Assembly: GCA_038227875.1 (NCBI GenBank)
Contig: JBBRPR010000034.1
Span: 22,478-86,477, forward strand
Source of the DNA: Planctomycetota bacterium
GTDB taxonomy: Bacteria > Planctomycetota > SZUA-567 > H5-PLA8
Direction: 5' to 3'
DNA length: 64,000 nt
Part shown: positions 9,225 to 19,700 of the stretch, piece by piece
How positions within the stretch are numbered: position 1 is the stretch's first letter
How the letters are laid out: each line of letters opens with the position of its first letter
The notes under the pieces: model-generated
Seen by the model: only the letters and a program-made list of their open reading frames with translations
Database searches by the model: none
Told to the model about the DNA's origin: nothing
Made by a program: the position numbers and the translations under genes

Positions 9225-12200
9225 ATGGAAAACCCATCATTGAACTTTCAAGCTTGCGGACAGGGGCTTTGCGTGGACGCGGAATTGCCGGCTGAGCATG
9301 AGGCCAGGACGCTCATTCACGATGGGCGCAACTCGCGCGTCTTTCGGATGCGGCGGGGGCGCGATGGCGGGCGCGTTGTGCTGAAAGTGCTCAAGGCCGA
9401 CTACCCCACCCCGGCGCAGCTCCGGCGCTTTCGGCAGGAATTCCGGCTCGCTTCGGGGCTCAATCTTCCGGGTGTGATCAAGGCGTACGATCTCGAAGGT
9501 TATCAGCGCACGCTCGCGATTTCGTTTGAGGACATCGATGGCATCTCGCTGCGGCAGTGGGCGGCGCAGCATCCGGGTGGCGTGCTCTCCGTGCCGGAAT
9601 TTCTGCCGATCGCCATCAAGCTCGCCGACGGGCTGCGCCAGCTTCACGGGCTGAACATCATTCACAAGGATATCAACCCGGGTAACGTCGTCTACAATGC
9701 CAGCACGGGCACGCTGAAAATCATCGACCTGGGCATTTCCAATCAGTTGAGTTCCGAAAACCCGGCGCTGAAAATTCCGGAGGTGCTGGAAGGAACGCTG
9801 CCGTACATTTCGCCTGAACAATCCGGACGGATGAACCGGTCGCTGGATTACCGGACGGATTTTTATTCGCTGGGCGTCACGTTTTATGAACTGCTGATGG
9901 GCAAGCTGCCCTTCGCGGCGAAGGATCCGCTGGAGCTGATTCATTGTCATCTCGCGCAGGAAGCGCCGCCGCTGCAGACGCAGCCGCGACAGGCGCAGGG
10001 ACTCTGCGCCATCGTGATGAAGCTGATGGCCAAAAACGCGGAGGACCGTTATCAGAGCTCGGCGGGAATCATCGCCGATCTGGAGCGCTGCCAGGAATTG
10101 TGGAAGCTGACGGGCGGAGGCGCGGTTCCGGAATTCCCGCTCGGCTCGCGCGACATTCCCGAGCGCTTCCACGTTCCGCAGAAGCTCTATGGACGGCAGC
10201 GCGAGCAGGCGGCGTTGCTCGCAGCGTTTGAAAAGCTGACGCGCATCGATCCGCAGACGAACCAGATGCATTGCACGTTCGCGCTGATCGGCGGGTATTC
10301 GGGCATCGGCAAATCGTCGCTGGTTCGCGAGCTGTACAAACCGATCACGAAGAAGCGCGGCTACTTTGCGTCGGGAAAATTCGAGCAGTACCAGCGCAAC
10401 ATTCCGTACTCGGCGCTGGTGGAAGCATTTTCGCGACTGATCCGCGAATGGCTGAGCGAATCGACGGCAACGCTCGATCAGCGACGCGCGGCGTTGCTGG
10501 AAGCGGTCGGCAACAACGGGCGCGTGCTGATCGACGTTTTTCCGGACGTGCAACTGATCATCGGCGCGCAGCCGCCGGTCGCGGAGCTCGCGCCGATGGC
10601 GGCGCAGAACCGTTTCAACGGCGTGTTTCAGTCGTTCCTGCGCGCGGTCTGCAGCGAGGAACATCCGCTGGCGTTGTTTCTGGACGATTTGCAGTGGGCC
10701 GATCTGGCTACATTGAAGTTGATCGAGCGGATCGTCTCCGAGCGGCAGGTGCCGTGCTTGATGATCATCGGCGCGTATCGAGACAACGAAGTCGACGCCG
10801 GCCATCCGCTCACGCTGACGGTGGAACAGCTGCGGCAGGCCGGCGCGCCAATGGAGCGGCTGACGCTGGCTCCGCTGGAGTTGCCGGCCATCGCACAGCT
10901 TGTTGGCGATACGCTCCATCGACCTCCGGATGCGGCGATGGAACTGGCGACGCTGGTGCAGCGCAAGACGGGTGGCAATCCCTTTTTCATCAACGAATAC
11001 CTGCGGACGCTGGAGCGTGAAAAGCTTCTGACGCTCAATCGCGAATCGGGCGCGTGGCAGTGGCACATCGCCCGAATCGAAGCGACGGGCTTCACGGACA
11101 ACGTGGTCGACCTGATGCTCGGCCAGTTGCAGAAGTTGCCCGCGGCGGAGCAGGCGGCGCTGTCGACGGCGGCGTTTCTCGGGGCGGAGTTCACGCTGGA
11201 GAAGCTAGCGCGGATTTGCGGCTTCGATCCCGCGACGGTCTTCGCGAATCTAAAGTCGGCGCTCGACCTGGGATTCGTCCTGCCGCGTTCGCAGATGGAC
11301 GAGAACCTCCTGATTACCGAATTCCAATTCGGCCACGACCGTATTCAGCAAGCTGCGTACAACCTGGTTCCGCAGGAACAGCAGGCGGCGATGCATTTGA
11401 AGATCGGCCGGGTGCTCCAGCATGCGGCGACGGAGAAGGAACTCGACGAACTGCAGTTCGATCTCGTCAATCATTTGAATCTGGCGGGCGCGCTGATCAC
11501 CGCCCACAACGAGCGCGAAAAACTGGCGGAACTGAATCTGCGCGCCGGGCGCAAGGCGCTGGCGGCGGCGGCGTTCAAGTCGAGCTTCACGTACTTGCAG
11601 CAAGGCATTGCGCTCCTGAGTGCGGATGCGTGGGAGACGCAGTACGCGCTCGCGCTGCGTCTTCACACCGATGCGGCCAATGCGGCGTTCCTCTGCGATG
11701 ATGTGGAAAGCATGCAGCGCCTTTCGGAATGCGTGATGCAGCGCGCGACATCCGCGCTGGATCGCGCCCCGGTTTGCGCGGTCCGTATTGAAGCGCTCGG
11801 CAATCGCGGCCGCTTTGCCGAAGCGATCGCCATCGGCCTGAACCTGCTGGCGGAGCTGGGTATCCATTTCCCGGCCAATCCCGGACGGCCGGATTTTGTG
11901 CGAGCGCTGTGGGAAACACAGGCGCTGATCGCGAAGAAGGAGCCGGCGGAACTCGCGACCATGGCGGAGATGCGCGACCCGGTGATGCTCGCGGCCATGC
12001 GGCTGCTGTCGAAGCTCGAGCCGGTAACGTTCGTCGGCTCCGTCGATTTGAATGCGCTGATCACGCTCAAGCAGGTGGCGCTTTCGATGCTGCATGGAAA
12101 CGCGCGGCAATCGGCGTCTTCGTATGCGACGTACGGGCTGATCCTTTGCGGCATCGTCGGCGACCTCGAATCGGGATTCAAATTCGGACAGGTCGCGCTC

Positions 12201-14351
12201 GAACTGGCTTCACGGCCGGGCAGCAAATCAGTGGAGCCGATGGAACCGATGGAACCGATGGAACCGATGGTGTTGATGGTCGTCCATTCGTTCATCAACC
12301 ATTGGAAACTTCATCTGAAGGAAACGCTGGAGCCCCTGCAACGCGCGCACGGACTGGGCGTCGAGTCCGGTGATTTTGCCTACGCGGGCTATGCGGCATT
12401 CGATTACTGCACGCACGGCATGCTCATTGGCAAAAATCTGCCCGATTTGAAAATGGATATCGACCACTACGCCAAAGCGCTGGCGCGGATGGGGCAGCAT
12501 TCGGCGCTGGCTTATTTGCAATCGTATCAACAGGCGGTGGAATGCCTGCTCGGAAGCTCGCCGGAATTTGCGGAACTCTCCGGAACAATACTGACTGAAC
12601 CCGATGCCATCGCGCGTTTTCAGCAGCAGAACAACCGTGCGGGGTTGTGGCACCTGTACACGGCCAAGTTACCGCTGAGCTACTTGTTCGAAAATTACGA
12701 CCAGGCGCGCGAGATCAGCGACCTCGCGAACCAGTACATCAGCGCCGGATTGTCTGGCGTCGCCGTGCCGATCTTGTGCTTCTATGATTCGCTCACCCGC
12801 CTGGCGCTCTGTCCCAAGCTCGCACCGGCGGAGCGCGCGGCGGCGTTGCAGCGGGTGAGCGAGAATCAGCAGACGCTGGATCGGTGGACCATGGCTGCGC
12901 CGATGAATTACCGGCACAAATTCCAGCTGGTCGAAGCCGAGCGGCATCGCATTCTCGGCCAGAAATTGGAAGCGATCGAATGCTACGAGCAGGCGATTGC
13001 CGCGGCCAGGGAGCAGCGCTATCTGCAAGAAGAAGCGCTGGCCAACGAACTGACGGCGAACTTCTATCTCGAATGGAACAAGCTCACGGCCGCGCGCGCG
13101 TATTTGGCGGAAGCGCGACATTGCTATCTGCATTGGGGTGCGACGGCCAAGGTCAATCGGCTGGATCTCAAGCGCGGCCAGCTCCTGGCCGAGATCACGC
13201 CGATTCAAACGCACGTGGCTTCCTCGGACACCACCAGCAGCGACGGCTCCGGCAGTGGCAGCGCGGCGTTGGATCTCGCCTCGGTGGCGAAGTCGTCGCA
13301 GGCGATTTCCAGCCAGATCGTGCTGGAGAAGCTGCTGGAAGCGCTGATGAAAATTCTGCTCGAAACGGCGGGCGCGCAGTCTGGTTCGCTGCTGCTGAAT
13401 TCCGCGTCGGCGTCCGGCGAGTTGGGTGAACTCCGAATCGAAGCGCGTGGCGCAGCCGGATCAGTGGCGGTCGTACGCTCTGAAGCCATTGACGACAGGC
13501 TTCCAGTATCCGTCTTGAATTACGTCGCGCGCTCGCGCGAAAGCCTGATGCTCGACGACCCGGCCGCGCACAGTTCGTTCAGCAACGATCCGTACATCCA
13601 GGCGGTCCGGCCGAAGTCGGTGCTCTGCTACCCGCTGCTCGATCGCCGCCGGCTGACCGGGGTCGCGTACCTGGAGAACAATCTGACGCCGGGCGCGTTC
13701 ACGCCGGGTCGGATCGAAGTACTGAAACTGCTCTCCGGGCAGGCGGCGATCTCGATTGAAAACGCGAAACTTTACGCGAGCTTGGAACACAAGGTGGCCG
13801 AACGCACGGCGGAACTGGCGAAGGCCAACGAAGAGTTGAATCGCCTGGCGACGCTCGACGCACTGACGCAAGTCGCCAATCGGCGCAGCTTCGATGCGTT
13901 TCTGACGAACGAATGGAATCGCCAACTGCGCGAACGCGCGCCGCTGGCGCTGATCATGATCGATATCGATTTCTTCAAGCAGTACAACGATCGCAACGGG
14001 CATCAGGGCGGCGACGATTGCCTGGTGAACGTCGCGCGCACGCTGGCGCAGACCTTGCGGCGCGCCGGAGATTTCATCGCGCGCTATGGTGGCGAGGAAT
14101 TCGCTGCAATTCTGCCGCACACGGATTTGGACGGCGCGTGTGCCGTGGCTGAATCGCTACGCCTGGCGGTGGAGGAAGCCAAGCTCCCCCACCCTGCGTC
14201 CCAGGTCGGCCCGTACGTGACGCTGAGCATGGGCGTTGCGAGTTGGGTTCCGCAGCCGGGTCAGCTTTCCAGCGCCTTGTTGGTGGCGGCAGATGAAGCG
14301 CTGTACTCCGCCAAACGGAACGGCCGCGCTCGGATCTGCCGGTACTCCTAA
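9225..14351 (+). CDS. Ser/Thr protein kinase - AAA/STAND-type ATPase - helical region - GAF - GGDEF diguanylate cyclase
   Basis: Kinase motifs HKDINPGN, DLG, GTLPYISPEQSGRMNR; Walker A GYSGIGKS; Walker B LFLDDLQWAD; GAF KSVLCYPL...YLENN; GGDEF domain DALTQVANRR...RAGD-FIARY-GGEEF with an intact RxxD I-site. Start taken as ATG 9225 (track uses GTG 9186). Confidence 0.93.
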   Translation: MENPSLNFQACGQGLCVDAELPAEHEARTLIHDGRNSRVFRMRRGRDGGRVVLKVLKADYPTPAQLRRFRQEFRLASGLNLPGVIKAYDLEGYQRTLAISFEDIDGISLRQWAAQHPGGVLSVPEFLPIAIKLADGLRQLHGLNIIHKDINPGNVVYNASTGTLKIIDLGISNQLSSENPALKIPEVLEGTLPYISPEQSGRMNRSLDYRTDFYSLGVTFYELLMGKLPFAAKDPLELIHCHLAQEAPPLQTQPRQAQGLCAIVMKLMAKNAEDRYQSSAGIIADLERCQELWKLTGGGAVPEFPLGSRDIPERFHVPQKLYGRQREQAALLAAFEKLTRIDPQTNQMHCTFALIGGYSGIGKSSLVRELYKPITKKRGYFASGKFEQYQRNIPYSALVEAFSRLIREWLSESTATLDQRRAALLEAVGNNGRVLIDVFPDVQLIIGAQPPVAELAPMAAQNRFNGVFQSFLRAVCSEEHPLALFLDDLQWADLATLKLIERIVSERQVPCLMIIGAYRDNEVDAGHPLTLTVEQLRQAGAPMERLTLAPLELPAIAQLVGDTLHRPPDAAMELATLVQRKTGGNPFFINEYLRTLEREKLLTLNRESGAWQWHIARIEATGFTDNVVDLMLGQLQKLPAAEQAALSTAAFLGAEFTLEKLARICGFDPATVFANLKSALDLGFVLPRSQMDENLLITEFQFGHDRIQQAAYNLVPQEQQAAMHLKIGRVLQHAATEKELDELQFDLVNHLNLAGALITAHNEREKLAELNLRAGRKALAAAAFKSSFTYLQQGIALLSADAWETQYALALRLHTDAANAAFLCDDVESMQRLSECVMQRATSALDRAPVCAVRIEALGNRGRFAEAIAIGLNLLAELGIHFPANPGRPDFVRALWETQALIAKKEPAELATMAEMRDPVMLAAMRLLSKLEPVTFVGSVDLNALITLKQVALSMLHGNARQSASSYATYGLILCGIVGDLESGFKFGQVALELASRPGSKSVEPMEPMEPMEPMVLMVVHSFINHWKLHLKETLEPLQRAHGLGVESGDFAYAGYAAFDYCTHGMLIGKNLPDLKMDIDHYAKALARMGQHSALAYLQSYQQAVECLLGSSPEFAELSGTILTEPDAIARFQQQNNRAGLWHLYTAKLPLSYLFENYDQAREISDLANQYISAGLSGVAVPILCFYDSLTRLALCPKLAPAERAAALQRVSENQQTLDRWTMAAPMNYRHKFQLVEAERHRILGQKLEAIECYEQAIAAAREQRYLQEEALANELTANFYLEWNKLTAARAYLAEARHCYLHWGATAKVNRLDLKRGQLLAEITPIQTHVASSDTTSSDGSGSGSAALDLASVAKSSQAISSQIVLEKLLEALMKILLETAGAQSGSLLLNSASASGELGELRIEARGAAGSVAVVRSEAIDDRLPVSVLNYVARSRESLMLDDPAAHSSFSNDPYIQAVRPKSVLCYPLLDRRRLTGVAYLENNLTPGAFTPGRIEVLKLLSGQAAISIENAKLYASLEHKVAERTAELAKANEELNRLATLDALTQVANRRSFDAFLTNEWNRQLRERAPLALIMIDIDFFKQYNDRNGHQGGDDCLVNVARTLAQTLRRAGDFIARYGGEEFAAILPHTDLDGACAVAESLRLAVEEAKLPHPASQVGPYVTLSMGVASWVPQPGQLSSALLVAADEALYSAKRNGRARICRYS
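12232..12270 (+). repeat. In-frame 9-bp tandem repeat (TGGARCCGA x4.3) encoding EPMEPMEPMEPM
   Basis: tggagccga tggaaccga tggaaccga tggaaccga tgg read directly. Confidence 0.95.
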
Positions 14352-14383
14352 ACGACACGTGCTCCGCGTTCACACGATGCTTC

Positions 14384-16471
14384 TTACGGAGCGGGAGTCG
14401 TAATGCTGTTGCTGTCCAGCGACACGGCTCCGATGCGTGTCAAGGCTCGGCCTTCCAGCGTCGCGCCAGTGTTGAACGTGATTGACTGGTCGGCCAGGAT
14501 GTTGCCCTTGAAGTTACACGTCGTGCCGATCGTGGCTGACGTTCCGACCTGCCAGTAGACATTCGCTGCCTTCGCGCCGCCACTGAGCACGACCTGCGTG
14601 CCCGGATCGGTCGTCAACGTCGAACCCATCTGGAAGATGAAGACGGCGTTGGAGTCGCCTTGCGCGTCGAGCGTCACGATGCCATTCGCGCCCGTGCCGG
14701 AGAGCATCGTGGACGTGGAGTTCTTGTAAAGACCCGGCGTGAAGGTTAAGCCGCCGACATTTCCCGGCAAGACTGCTGAGCCCAATCGCGCTGCGCTGTC
14801 GTTGTAGGCGGCGAGCAGATCGTTCTTGGCCTGAGCGGCCGTATTGTCGCCGGCGTGGGTCGCACCGGTCACAATTCCCGGCGGGAATCCGGTCACCGCG
14901 CTGCCCGGACTGACGCCCAGATCACCAGTCAGTGTGGTAGGTCCGACACTGGTCACGGTCGAACCGGCGAGCACGGCGAACGCGCTGGAAGATCCGAGCG
15001 CCACGGGTGCAGGACCCGCCGAAGCATTCGCGCCAGTAGTGAAGGTCCATGTGTAGGTGCTGGCCATCTCGTTGCCCGCGACATCCATGACTTGCGTGGT
15101 TACGGTGGCGGTATACGTGGTGCTGGGTGTGAGGTTGCCCGTCGGAGTAAACGTGGCCGTGGTGCCCGAGTAGGTTACGGTTCCGGACACTGCGGTGGCG
15201 CCTTGTAATGTAAAGGTAGTGGTGTTGATGGTCGAGGCGTCCATCGGTTCGTTGAAGTTGGCCATCAGCGGCCGGTTGACGGGTACTGCCGTCGCGCCGT
15301 TGACGGGATTGGTGGAGGTTACGAACGGCGGCGCGGAATCGGCGGCTGCGCCAGATGTGAACGTCCACGTCGTGTTGCTGGCCGATGCGTTACCCGAGAA
15401 ATCCTGCACGCCAGCGGCCAAATTCGCCGTGTAAACCGTAGCCACTGCCAGAGCCGCCGTGGGCGTAAACGTGGCGCGATGGGTCGCCGCATCGTAGGAG
15501 ATAGTTCCGGCCACCGCGGTTGTGCCCGGGCCGGCGAGCGTGAAATTGGCCGAGGTGATCGTTGCACCATTCACGGCCTTGCTGAACAGCGCGCTGACTT
15601 TTGCATTGGTCGGCACAGCCGTGGCCAGATCGGCGGGAGAGGTCGACAACACACGCGGCGCGGCGGTGTCGGGCGGAACGCCGAGACCGGTGATCACGAG
15701 CACCACGACGCCGCTGGTGTTGTTGGACAGCGTCACCGTGTGGATGCCAAGCGCATTGGGCGAACCGGCGGGCAGCGCTTTCAGATTCAGCTTGCCCTTC
15801 AGATCCGAGGTCACCTTCTGGGTGAGAGTAACGTTGATCGCGAGCAGAAAATCAGTCATAGGCGGCAGGCCGGCAACCTTCAATCCAAACTTGGTGGCTT
15901 TGGGCGTGCCTTTGATCTGCAAGGTGTCGACGGCGAGTGGAATCGCACCCGTGTTGGTCATGGGGCCTTTGAAACTGTACGTGTACTTGTCGGCGTGAGT
16001 GATGTCGACGCTCAGCAGCGTCTGCCCGGAGCCGAGCACATCCAATTCGCGCAGGTTGATCAGCGGGTTCAACGCGTCGGGCAGCGGTGTGCCTTTGCTG
16101 CCGGTGGCGGTTTTCGAGTAGCTGACGCTTGCCTTGCCTTTCGCATCCGAGGTCGTCGAGGCGATGCTGGTCTGCGCGGTGTCGGAGTTTAAAATTCCGG
16201 CCAGCGGGTACGGAGTGCTGGGGAGCAGTTTATTCAGCGACAGTTTGAACTGCTGACTGACAACAGTTCCCGAGCGCGCGTACTTTTCACTGAGCTTGCC
16301 CGTGGCGCCGGCCGCCACGCCGGAATTCTTTAACGCGGTTGAAACCGTGAAGCTCAACTTTGCGACCGCAGGCGCGGCCGTGCGCGATCCGGCGTCAACT
16401 GCATGCGCCGAAAACGTGCCGGCCAGCAACAGGGCCAGCGTGAACAACGGCATTAAAGCTCGAATTCTCAT
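14384..16471 (-). CDS. Secreted ice-binding (DUF3494/IBP-like) protein with two Big_5 Ig-like domains and a duplicated basic N-terminal domain
   Basis: Signal peptide ending AHA; two DxAPPxVxSTxP Ig repeats; C-terminal FAVLAGSTVT...GDLGVSPG...LAAYND...TPGLYK...LDAQGDSNAVFIFQ...NVYWQVG...GNILA...GRAL, typical of DUF3494. ATG 16471 follows GGAAAGAG. Confidence 0.92.
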   Translation of the reverse strand: MRIRALMPLFTLALLLAGTFSAHAVDAGSRTAAPAVAKLSFTVSTALKNSGVAAGATGKLSEKYARSGTVVSQQFKLSLNKLLPSTPYPLAGILNSDTAQTSIASTTSDAKGKASVSYSKTATGSKGTPLPDALNPLINLRELDVLGSGQTLLSVDITHADKYTYSFKGPMTNTGAIPLAVDTLQIKGTPKATKFGLKVAGLPPMTDFLLAINVTLTQKVTSDLKGKLNLKALPAGSPNALGIHTVTLSNNTSGVVVLVITGLGVPPDTAAPRVLSTSPADLATAVPTNAKVSALFSKAVNGATITSANFTLAGPGTTAVAGTISYDAATHRATFTPTAALAVATVYTANLAAGVQDFSGNASASNTTWTFTSGAAADSAPPFVTSTNPVNGATAVPVNRPLMANFNEPMDASTINTTTFTLQGATAVSGTVTYSGTTATFTPTGNLTPSTTYTATVTTQVMDVAGNEMASTYTWTFTTGANASAGPAPVALGSSSAFAVLAGSTVTSVGPTTLTGDLGVSPGSAVTGFPPGIVTGATHAGDNTAAQAKNDLLAAYNDSAARLGSAVLPGNVGGLTFTPGLYKNSTSTMLSGTGANGIVTLDAQGDSNAVFIFQMGSTLTTDPGTQVVLSGGAKAANVYWQVGTSATIGTTCNFKGNILADQSITFNTGATLEGRALTRIGAVSLDSNSITTPAP

Positions 16472-16533
16472 GATCAATCTCTTTCCGCGAAATCGCGTTT
16501 TGCGCTCAACTCATTTCGAAACGTTGGACTGAG

Positions 16534-16549
16534 CGCAAGTTCCGCGCCG
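16534..16549 (-). promoter_or_regulatory. Possible sigma54 promoter of the ice-binding protein gene
   Basis: Minus strand CGGCGCGGAACTTGCG (GG-N10-GC, TTGC intact), about 60 nt upstream of the start, with an AT tract just upstream and palindrome TGCACGCGTGCA at 16650-16661. Confidence 0.35.
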
Positions 16550-16752
16550 CTAATTATTTAGTTCCGCTCGCAGGTGGAAGTCATGGCGGATGGCGAAAGT
16601 CATCCAATCATCCCGATATTCGCAACACCGCCGAAAACGCCATAACTCGTGCACGCGTGCAATTTCGTGCTCCCAAAATACGTAGACCTACGTATCTCTC
16701 CGCTGCCACTAACTACTTAGAATGAGCGGGCAGATAAAAGGGAGAGATATCC

Positions 16753-19700
16753 ATGCATCGATTTGATTGGAGTAAGCAACTGGCGGGAATGGTTCTGGTG
16801 GCGGCGCTCTGCTGCTGCGCGAGAGCTCAGGCCATGGTTCACACCTGGCAAGGACCGGCCAATGGCAACTGGTCGGCAGGAGGCAATTGGGTCGGCGGAG
16901 TTCCACCTACTTCCGGGGAAGTAGGTGGAACGATCGTCGAATTCAATTCCAACTCAACGTCCATTCAGAACATCGTCGGCCTGACTGTCGATCTGATTCA
17001 CTTCAAAGGGTCAGGCAACACCATTAACGGCACCATGCCGTTGACCATTAGCGGCGCGTCGTTGACCGTGAACATTCAAGACGATGCCGGCGGCAATACG
17101 CTCTCCAGCAGCCTCGCATTAGTGCTGACAGGCGCGAGCGTGGAAGCGGCCGTCACGACAGGCACATTAACGATGGCTGGCAATCTCAGCGGTACGGTGG
17201 GGTTCGTGGAAAACGGACCGGGCACCATCGACTTCACCATGGCTTCGAATACCTACAGTGGCGTGACCACGGTTTTGCAGGGCACGCTGCGGTTGAATTC
17301 CAATGGCGCCAACTCGGCCGTTCCGGGAACGCTCGTTATCGGCAATGGACTGCAGCCCGCGAATTCAGCCATCGTGAAGCTGCTCCAGTCAGCGGAAATT
17401 GCGACGACGTCGGCGATCACAGTCAAAGCAGATGGTGCTTTGAATTTCAATAACTTCCTCCAGTCGGCAGCAACGCTGACGATCATAGACGGCACGGTCT
17501 CGCTGGGCACAGGCACGCTGACGCTGTCTGGAGCGATCGCGATGACCGGAGGTACGATCAGCGGCAATTCCGGCGGCAACGTCAGCCTGGGCGCAAACAT
17601 CACGGCCACCTCGTCAGCCACGGCCAGTGCCAAGATCAGCGCCGCGCTGAATCTGAACGCGACACGCACATTCACCGTCAATACCGGATCAGTGACGCCG
17701 GATCTGCTGATCAACGGCATCATTGGCAACGGCGTCGCGACATCGGGAGTCTTTAAAACGGGCACCGGTACGATGGACGTCGTCGCATCCCAGGCCTTCA
17801 CGTACACCGGCACAACGACCGTGGACAAAGGCGTGATGGAGATCAACACAACAGTCGGAGCCATCATCAATGGACCCCTGGTGATCGGCAATGGCGTCGA
17901 CCCGGCCGGCTCTGCAACGCTGCGGGAATTGAACAGCAGCGACATCTCTTCCGCATCCACTGTGCAAATCGCCAGTTCCGGCGTGCTCGACATGAATACG
18001 CATACCGACGTCGTGGGCGCGTTGACCGGTCTGGGGCAGATCGCGATAAATTCCGGGTCGCTGACGGTGAACAACGACAACTCCACCACGAGCTTCGACG
18101 GCACGATCACCGGTGCGACGGGAACGTTCCGGAAAAGCGGAACCGGATCGCTGACACTGACGGGAAACAATCCGTTTACGGGCACGACCACGGTGGTCCA
18201 AGGCACGCTGATCCTGAACTCGCCCGGAATTGACACTGCGGTTCAGGGACCGCTGACCGTGGGTATCGGCATCTTCGCCGCCAACTCTGCGATTCTCAAA
18301 GTCCTGCAGAATGCGGAAATCGCCAACACGTCGCTCGTCACCGTGAATTCCGACGGCAAGTTCGATCTCAATGGAAAAGTCGACACGATCGGTGCGCTGA
18401 CACTGAATGCCGGCAATGTGACGCTCGGCGTGGGCGCGCTGACGACCAACGGACTTCTCACGATGTTCGGCGGAAACGTCGCAGCCGGCGGGACGCTGAG
18501 TCTTGGCGGCGACGTTGTTGCCACGTCCACGGCGACCAGTGCCGCGGTGATCGCGTCCAGTCTCACCTTGAACGCCACGCGGACGTTTACCGTTAACGCC
18601 GGCGTCACTCAACCGGAGCTGACGATCAACGGAGTGATCAACAACGGGCTGCCCATGTCCGGAATTACCAAGACCGGCACGGGTGCCATGTTCCTGCAGG
18701 GCACGGCGGGAAATTTGTTCAACGGCGTGACCACTGTCGACAAGGGCTTGCTTCAAATCTCTGACACGGTCGGACAGAACATCCTCGGCAACATCGTGAT
18801 CGGCAATAATGTCGACTCCGCGAACTCCGCGATCCTGCGCGACCTGAACTCCAGCGACATTGCCGCGGCCGCGACGATCACCATCAATTCGTCGGGCCAG
18901 CTCGATGTGAACGGTTTCACCGAAACAATCGCCGCACTTTCGGGCACTGGCTCGATCAAACTGGGTTCCGGTGCGCTCACCTTTGGCGCAAACAATTCGG
19001 CACAGACCTATTCGGGCACCATCAGCGGCACCGGCAACATCCGCAAAACCGGCAGCGGAGTCCAAACGCTCACCGGCAACAACACGCTGACGGGCCAGAC
19101 GCAGATTCTGGCGGGCACACTCCTGGTCAATGGTTCGCAAGGTGCCAGCAATGTCGTTCTCTCCGGCGGCAGCACGCTGGGCGGCACGGGCACCGTCGGC
19201 AACGTTGCCGTCACAGCGTCGACCATCGCGCCGGGCGGCGCGGCTCCAGGGCAGCTCTCCACGGGTAACATCGCGTTGGATACCAATTCCACGATCACCT
19301 TCCGCCTGAAGGATTCCGTCTCCGCGTTCGATGCCCTGAACGTCACCGGCACGGTTACGCTGGGCAATTGCGCGATTCAACTCAGCATCGACCCCGCCTT
19401 TGCGGGCGGCGGTGTGCTGGCGCTGATCAACAACGACCTGGCCGACGCCGTGGTCGGGACGTCAAAGAGCTTCACCGAAGCGCAGGCCGTACCGCTCAAT
19501 ACCAATACGTCTGTCTTCTCCTACATGGGCGGCACGGGCAACGATGTCGTGCTTACCATCGCCAATATCCCGCCGTCGCTGACCTCCGCCGCGAACGCCA
19601 ATCCGTCTCCGGCCACCGCGACGCTGCCGGTCACGTTCTCGGTCGGCGCGTCCGACGGCAACAACGATACGCTGACCTACACCTGGAACTTCGGCGATGG

